From the NCBI RefSeq assembly GCF_001194135.2, contig NC_068986.1, positions 84,133,606 to 84,175,649 on the forward strand: 42,044 nucleotides of DNA. Reading direction: 5' to 3'. The notes beneath the pieces are model-generated. The model was not told where the DNA came from. It did no database searches and saw nothing but the letters and a program-made list of their open reading frames with translations. The position numbers were made by a program, and so were the translations under genes. This stretch comes from Octopus bimaculoides. Its lineage: Eukaryota. Each line of letters opens with the position of its first letter. Position 1 is the stretch's first letter. Shown one piece after another: positions 36,389-42,044 of the stretch.

Positions 36389-37050
36389 TTTTCTCATACA
36401 TACATACATACATACATACATACCTGCATACATACATACATACATACATACATACATACATACATACATACATACATACATACATACATGCATGCATACA
36501 TATATATATATAGATTCAGCGTGACGCAGAGTCTGACAAGGCTGGCCCTTTTGAAATACAGGTACAACANNNNNNNNNNNNNNNNNNNNNNNNNNNNNNN
36601 NNNNNNNNNNNNNNNNNNNNNNNNNNNNNNNNNNNNNNNNNNNNNNNNNNNNNNNNNNNNNNNNNNNNNNNNNNNNNNNNNNNNNNNNNNNNNNNNNNNN
36701 NNNNNNNNNNNNNNNNNNNNNNNNNNNNNNNNNNNNNNNNNNNNNNNNNNNNNNNNNNNNNNNNNNNNNNNNNNNNNNNNNNNNNNNNNNNNNNNNNNNN
36801 NNNNNNNNNNNNNNNNNNNNNNNNNNNNNNNNNNNNNNNNNNNNNNNNNNNNNNNNNNNNNNNNNNNNNNNNNNNNNNNNNNNNNNNNNNNNNNNNNNNN
36901 NNNNNNNNNNNNNNNNNNNNNNNNNNNNNNNNNNNNNNNNNNNNNNNNNNNNNNNNNNNNNNNNNNNNNNNNNNNNNNNNNNNNNNNNNNNNNNNNNNNN
37001 NNNNNNNNNNNNNNNNNNNNNNNNNNNNNNNNNNNNNNNNNNNNNNNNNN

Positions 37051-37270
37051 GTGACTGCGTTTGTTCCACCTCCACCCTTGATTGCCGCTGTTGGTGTGTT
37101 TACGTTTCTGTAATTCCAGCATTTCGGGATCAAAGAACCGATAGAATAAGTACCAGGCTTAAAAAAAAAAAAATGAATGCTAGGGTCGATTCATTCGGCT
37201 AAAATTCTTCAAGGCGGTGCCTCAGCATGGCCGCAGTTTTATGACTGAAACGAGTAAACAATGAAAAAAT
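37051..37270 (+). mobile_element. SINE family B, 3' half
   Basis: tggtgtgtttacgt...ccgatagaataagtaccaggc...aaggcggtgcctcagcatggccgcag...gactgaaac. Assigning it to the same family relies on a remembered consensus. Confidence 0.7.
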
Positions 37271-37541
37271 AAAGCCACACACACTCACACACACACACAC
37301 ACAACGTATGTATGTATGTACACACATGTGCGACTGTACGCGTGTGTCTGTGTAATTAGTTTAATGACCAGAGCTTTTGTAGGAATGTATGTTATCGATA
37401 AGATCTGCCGCAGTACATGACATGTTCTTAATCTATTGACTACCACAGATTTTGAATGTAGAACGTCAAGGGACGTAACTCAATACAGCAAAACGTTTTA
37501 GCTTACGTTCTGTGGGTTCCACATTTACAACTTTCGCGTAT

Positions 37542-37576
<35 letters not shown>

Positions 37577-37588
37577 NNNNNNNNNNAT

Positions 37589-37623
<35 letters not shown>

Positions 37624-37799
37624 TCACGCATTCTGTGGGCAATATTATGGTTGGCCGGAGGTTTTAAGCCCTGCCAATTACTCGGTTACTACAATTCTGA
37701 AGTCGAAAGTGGCAAGGAAATTCGCTTATTCTATGATGGTTGCGTTATTTCACTCCACTCCCACTCAGTTTCACTTGTACCCAAAATCTTGTTGACAAA

Positions 37800-37905
37800 G
37801 TATTGATCATCTCGTTACTAAGGTAGAAAAACACTTGCTCAAGGTGTCGCTCAGTGGAATTGAAACCGGAACCACGTGTTTATGAAATAAACTTCTTCAC
37901 ATAAT
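37800..37905 (-). mobile_element. SINE family B head
   Basis: acacttgctcaaggtgtcgctcagtggaattgaaaccggaaccacgtg. Confidence 0.6.
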
Positions 37906-37986
37906 AACCATGTCCGTACTTCGTAATATGACATAAAATCTAATTCATCATTGCACTTTATCTATCTATCTATCTATCTATCTATG

Positions 37987-38105
<119 letters not shown>

Positions 38106-38162
38106 GTCTGTCTCTGCTTATCTATCTATCTATCTGTCTGTCTCTCCGTTCGTCCATCTGTC

Positions 38163-38218
<56 letters not shown>

Positions 38219-38260
38219 CCTGTCTACCTGTCTGTCTGCCTCTTTCTCTATCTCTCTCGG

Positions 38261-38312
<52 letters not shown>

Positions 38313-38499
38313 CTATTTATCTATCTATCTAGCTAGCTATCCATCTTTCTATCTATCTTGTAGTGTGTAACCACATCACCATCTCAAACTAATCTTCCTC
38401 TCTCTCTCTACACTTGTGTGTGCAGTGTGCAGCAATGCACTAATAGTCACAAAGCAACTGTTACTGCAGTGTGAAAACCAAAACGTGGTCTGCATAAAC

Positions 38500-39715
38500 A
38501 GAGCAGCTGATGTTGCCGCTGCTGCTGCTGCTACTGCTACTGTTGTTGATATTGTTGCTGCCGCTACTGCTGCAGATGATGCTGTTGCTGATATTGTTGC
38601 TAATATTACTGCAAATATATTTGTTTTTGCTGCTGTTGTTGTTATTGTTACCGATTACGTTGTTGTGCTGCTGTTTTCACCTACCGTTCTTGCTGCTGCT
38701 GCCCGTGTTGTTGTTGTGCTGCTGCTGTCAGTGCCTCTGCTGCTCTTACTGCAGCAACTGCTGACGCTGCTGTTGCTGCTGTTACCCGTTTCTCTCCGTG
38801 ACACAGGATTGCGCCTGCTTTTGTCCAATCAATTTACATCTGAGTATCTGGCATATTTTTATATCATCACAACCACCACTACAAACACTATTGCCACCAC
38901 AACTATCACTGCCACCACCNNNNNNNNNNNNNNNNNNNNNNNNNNNNNNNNNNNNNNNNNNNNNNNNNNNNNNNNNNNNNNNNNNNNNNNNNNNNNNNNN
39001 NNNNNNNNNNNNNNNNNNNNNNNNNNNNNNNNNNNNNNNNNNNNNNNNNNNNNNNNNNNNNNNNNNNNNNNNNNNNNNNNNNNNNNNNNNNNNNNNNNNN
39101 NNNNNNNNNNNNNNNNNNNNNNNNNNNNNNNNNNNNNNNNNNNNNNNNNNNNNNNNNNNNNNNNNNNNNNNNNNNNNNNNNNNNNNNNNNNNNNNNNNNN
39201 NNNNNNNNNNNNNNNNNNNNNNNNNNNNNNNNNNNNNNNNNNNNNNNNNNNNNNNNNNNNNNNNNNNNNNNNNNNNNNNNNNNNNNNNNNNNNNNNNNNN
39301 NNNNNNNNNNNNNNNNNNNNNNNNNNNNNNNNNNNNNNNNNNNNNNNNNNNNNNNNNNNNNNNNNNNNNNNNNNNNNNNNNNNNNNNNNNNNNNNNNNNN
39401 NNNNNNNNNNNNNNNNNNNNNNNNNNNNNNNNNNNNNNNNNNNNNNNNNNNNNNNNNNNNNNNNNNNNNNNNNNNNNNNNNNNNNNNNNNNNNNNNNNNN
39501 NNNNNNNNNNNNNNNNNNNNNNNNNNNNNNNNNNNNNNNNNNNNNNNNNNNNNNNNNNNNNNNNNNNNNNNNNNNNNNNNNNNNNNNNNNNNNNNNNNNN
39601 NNNNNNNNNNNNNNNNNNNNNNNNNNNNNNNNNNNNNNNNNNNNNNNNNNNNNNNNNNNNNNNNNNNNNNNNNNNNNNNNNNNNNNNNNNNNNNNNNNNN
39701 NNNNNNNNNNNNNNN

Positions 39716-39749
<34 letters not shown>

Positions 39750-39765
39750 CGCCACCACCACCACC

Positions 39766-39817
<52 letters not shown>

Positions 39818-41120
39818 GTGTCATCACCAATACAAACACTAGCACCAACAACAACAACGTTATTACCAACACCAATACCACTACTCCTATTGATATCACT
39901 ACCACTACCAATACCACCAGCACCACCACCACTGCAACCACTATGACTACTAATACCATCAGCACCACTACCACCACACCACTACCGCCACCATGACCAC
40001 CACCATATACCATCACTACCACCACGACCAATATCGCTACCACCACCAACACCAGTTCCACCTCCCAACTCCTTTACCACTTCCATTACTACCACCCCTA
40101 CTATTATTAAAACCACCACCACCACCACTACCATCACCATAACTTCTGCTACTTATACCACCACCAACACCATCGTCACTATCACCGACACAACATCAAC
40201 TTCACTAGTAAAACTACTACTATAATTATCAATAATACCACAACTACCACCGCCCATACCATTACCACCATGACCCCACTACAGTCATACAATAACACAC
40301 ACACCACAACCAACGTCTCCACCATAGTATACAAAGCACTAACACTCACACACACCAATATACACACACCGCCACCACCACTACCGCCACCACCACNNNN
40401 NNNNNNNNNNNNNNNNNNNNNNNNNNNNNNNNNNNNNNNNNNNNNNNNNNNNNNNNNNNNNNNNNNNNNNNNNNNNNNNNNNNNNNNNNNNNNNNNNNNN
40501 NNNNNNNNNNNNNNNNNNNNNNNNNNNNNNNNNNNNNNNNNNNNNNNNNNNNNNNNNNNNNNNNNNNNNNNNNNNNNNNNNNNNNNNNNNNNNNNNNNNN
40601 NNNNNNNNNNNNNNNNNNNNNNNNNNNNNNNNNNNNNNNNNNNNNNNNNNNNNNNNNNNNNNNNNNNNNNNNNNNNNNNNNNNNNNNNNNNNNNNNNNNN
40701 NNNNNNNNNNNNNNNNNNNNNNNNNNNNNNNNNNNNNNNNNNNNNNNNNNNNNNNNNNNNNNNNNNNNNNNNNNNNNNNNNNNNNNNNNNNNNNNNNNNN
40801 NNNNNNNNNNNNNNNNNNNNNNNNNNNNNNNNNNNNNNNNNNNNNNNNNNNNNNNNNNNNNNNNNNNNNNNNNNNNNNNNNNNNNNNNNNNNNNNNNNNN
40901 NNNNNNNNNNNNNNNNNNNNNNNNNNNNNNNNNNNNNNNNNNNNNNNNNNNNNNNNNNNNNNNNNNNNNNNNNNNNNNNNNNNNNNNNNNNNNNNNNNNN
41001 NAGAGAAACACACGCACACACACAGAAACACACATACACACCCTAACCCTAACCCTAACCCACCACCACCAACACCACTGCCACCATTGCTACAATCACC
41101 AACATCACCATCACTATCGT
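38500..41120. repeat. Large cryptic-simple (GCT/GTT then ACC/ACT) mosaic with gaps
   Basis: Direct reading. Confidence 0.9.
41041..41061. repeat. (CCCTAA)3.5 interstitial telomere-type repeat
   Basis: ccctaaccctaaccctaaccc. Confidence 0.85.
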
Positions 41121-41482
41121 CAACAGCATCGCCATTAACTCCTGTACTATGTTCCTTATATTTCTTTCTGAATTCGCTCCAACTCCTATTCTATCTCTCC
41201 CATGTCTCCCTACTACACCTACCCGTTACATAACCTCCACTCTCCCTCCTTCTCTAACACTTATTTCTCCTTCCTCTATCTCCATAACTCTTTCTCACCC
41301 TTCTCCTATTTATCCAGTTAACGATAATTCACAACTTTTGTCTGCGGTACCTCTCGCATATATGATACTCTGTGTGTGTGTATATATATGTATATATATA
41401 TATATATATATATAAATACACATACATATATATGTGTGTGTGTGAACGTGTATATATATATATGTATGTGCGTGTATGTGTA

Positions 41483-41513
<31 letters not shown>

Positions 41514-41900
41514 GTGTGTGCATACGTGTGTGTATGTGTGTGTATGTATTTTTATGAAAATGCGTGTGCACATCCATATCTACTTGCATAAACGTGCTTA
41601 TTGATAGATATGTGAGTATATATACCTGCTTATATACGCACGCACACGCACGCACACACACACACACACTAACATACACTCATACATACACATACACGTG
41701 TGTGTGTGTCTAATTACATACGCGTATAAATACATTTATGTATATAAACAGGCACGTATTTAATATTAATATCAATATATTAATAGTTTCAACTGAGTTC
41801 TTTAAAGAACACACACGCATACACACACACCCCAAAGATATTTCTATATGCCGGTGTATCATTTGTAAGTATGTAAGCAGGTATGTATACACCTATCTCT

Positions 41901-41980
41901 CTCTCTTTCTCTCCATCTCTTTCTCTTTCTCTCCATCTCTTTCTCTTTCTCTCCATCTCTTTCTCTTTCTCTCCATCTCT
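41901..41980. repeat. 20-bp pyrimidine minisatellite x4
   Basis: (c/t)tctctttctctccatctct repeated. Confidence 0.9.
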
Positions 41981-42044
41981 CTCCCTCCCTCTCTCCCCCT
42001 CTCTCTCTCTATATATATATCTGAATATATATATGTATGCATTT

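Noticed and set aside
38416-40061. 526-aa and 400-aa Thr/Val/Ala-rich mucin-like ORFs
   Set aside because: They are stop-free only because of trinucleotide mosaics and an ~800-nt N-gap. They are open on both strands and have no unique domain.

Overview
AT-rich eukaryotic DNA with very dense microsatellites and many N-gaps. The repeat landscape points to a draft animal assembly, most likely octopus (inferred from remembered SINE families, not verified). No rRNA, true tRNA or CRISPR array was found, and almost all supplied ORFs are microsatellite or gap artefacts. The window holds at least three tRNA-derived SINE families, a decayed 2.4-kb RTE/BovB-like LINE, four fragments of restriction-like-endonuclease (R4/Dong-type) LINEs, two L1/Tx1-like 3' ends and a piggyBac-like MITE. 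Two signals are missed by the ORF track. The first is a minus-strand chain of phase-compatible exons (20754-20678, 17762-17598, 13232-13136, 7294-7160, possibly more), encoding a protein of at least 158 aa that I cannot assign to a family. The second is a pair of type I hammerhead ribozyme motifs. One (15682-15593, minus) has an intact core and a palindromic loop III, lies in sense orientation in a predicted intron of that gene, and sits next to a perfect 26-bp hairpin.
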